NCBI GenBank assembly: GCA_964436715.1
Contig: CAYTEK010000003.1
Coordinates: forward strand, 1-51,871
Origin: an uncultured Verrucomicrobiota bacterium
GTDB lineage: Bacteria; Verrucomicrobiota; Kiritimatiellia; CAIQIC01; Lenti-01
Length of the DNA stretch: 51,871 nucleotides
Reading direction: 5' to 3'
Of this stretch, positions 51,687 through 51,871 are shown in pieces. The stretch's first letter is position 1; every line of letters starts with the position of its first letter. Below the pieces are notes generated by a model. That model saw only the letters and a list, made by a program, of their open reading frames with translations. It did no database searches and was not told where the DNA came from. The position numbers and the translations under genes were made by a program.

Positions 51687-51871
51687 TCAATTCATTTTGA
51701 ACCAGGAATGAATGAGCGAATTCAGCAGGACGGGCTGGCGGTCGGAGCCGCCGAGGCTCTTCACCAGCGTCGCGCCGGTCTGGGACGACAAGACGTACCA
51801 TTTGCCGCCGGCGGGATGATACACGGCCAGGTCGGCCTTCCCGTCGCCGTCGTAGTCCGCCGGCACCGGCA
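51687..51871 (-). CDS. second FG-GAP/VCBS paralog, 3' end only (continues beyond the right edge)
   Basis: The minus-strand translation ends ...PVPADYDGDGKADLAVYHPAGGKWYVLSSQTGATLVKSLGGSDRQPVLLNSLIHSWFKMN*. Positions 51747-51871 are identical to 48327-48451. Confidence 0.8.
   Translation of the reverse strand, partial: PVPADYDGDGKADLAVYHPAGGKWYVLSSQTGATLVKSLGGSDRQPVLLNSLIHSWFKMN

Noticed and set aside
1-51871. A search of intergenic gaps and AT-rich patches for tRNA, rRNA, transposase, integrase, toxin-antitoxin or known defence genes.
   Set aside because: Nothing recognisable was found. Intergenic gaps are short (mostly under 200 nt) and none shows tRNA-like cloverleaf features by eye. A proper tRNAscan/Infernal run is still needed.

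Overview
51.9-kb, high-GC (about two-thirds G+C by eye), densely coding bacterial chromosomal window. I found no rRNA, tRNA, CRISPR array, transposase or integrase. A CT398-type zinc ribbon fused to EIIA-Ntr, FG-GAP/VCBS giants and a four-helix-bundle 'IVS protein' hint at a PVC-superphylum-like organism, but that is a guess. Layout: (1) 1-15.6 kb is a minus-strand housekeeping block: two tandem serine-hydrolase paralogs, leuA, DppC/DppB-like ABC permeases, aroK, a cold-shock protein, a Zn-ribbon-PtsN fusion, two paralogous lipoproteins bracketing an AlkD-like repair gene, a class-IV aminotransferase, rpoN, dus, a Mut7-C RNase and DUF4230. (2) 15.7-20.0 kb is a plus-strand VTC-domain / DUF4956 / LamG-CotH operon. 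(3) 20.0-47.7 kb is a large glycan assembly and export locus: about 10 GT2-type enzymes, a GT4, two polytopic GT-C-like membrane proteins, DUF2304, an MBOAT+DHHW acylation pair, RgpF, a WbdD-like methyltransferase/kinase, a GT-methyltransferase fusion, an FkbM methyltransferase and Wzm/Wzt. (4) 47.7-51.9 kb holds a MarR/GbsR-like regulator and two FG-GAP/VCBS paralogs. Most unusual observations: the Wzt ATPase is interrupted by an in-frame, length-preserving 36-nt AT-rich block carrying four stop codons; a 22-nt hairpin unit is tandemly repeated inside the DppB-like coding region and read in all three frames, and recurs upstream of dus-rpoN; a lower-GC four-helix-bundle cassette flanked by inverted GATTGCGGG repeat arrays sits between wzm and wzt; two AT-rich perfect palindromes lie in promoter regions. 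The ORF track accepts GTG/TTG starts and reports the longest ORFs, so I re-derived many starts by hand. All product calls rest on my reading of motifs in the translations. No searches or folding programs were run.
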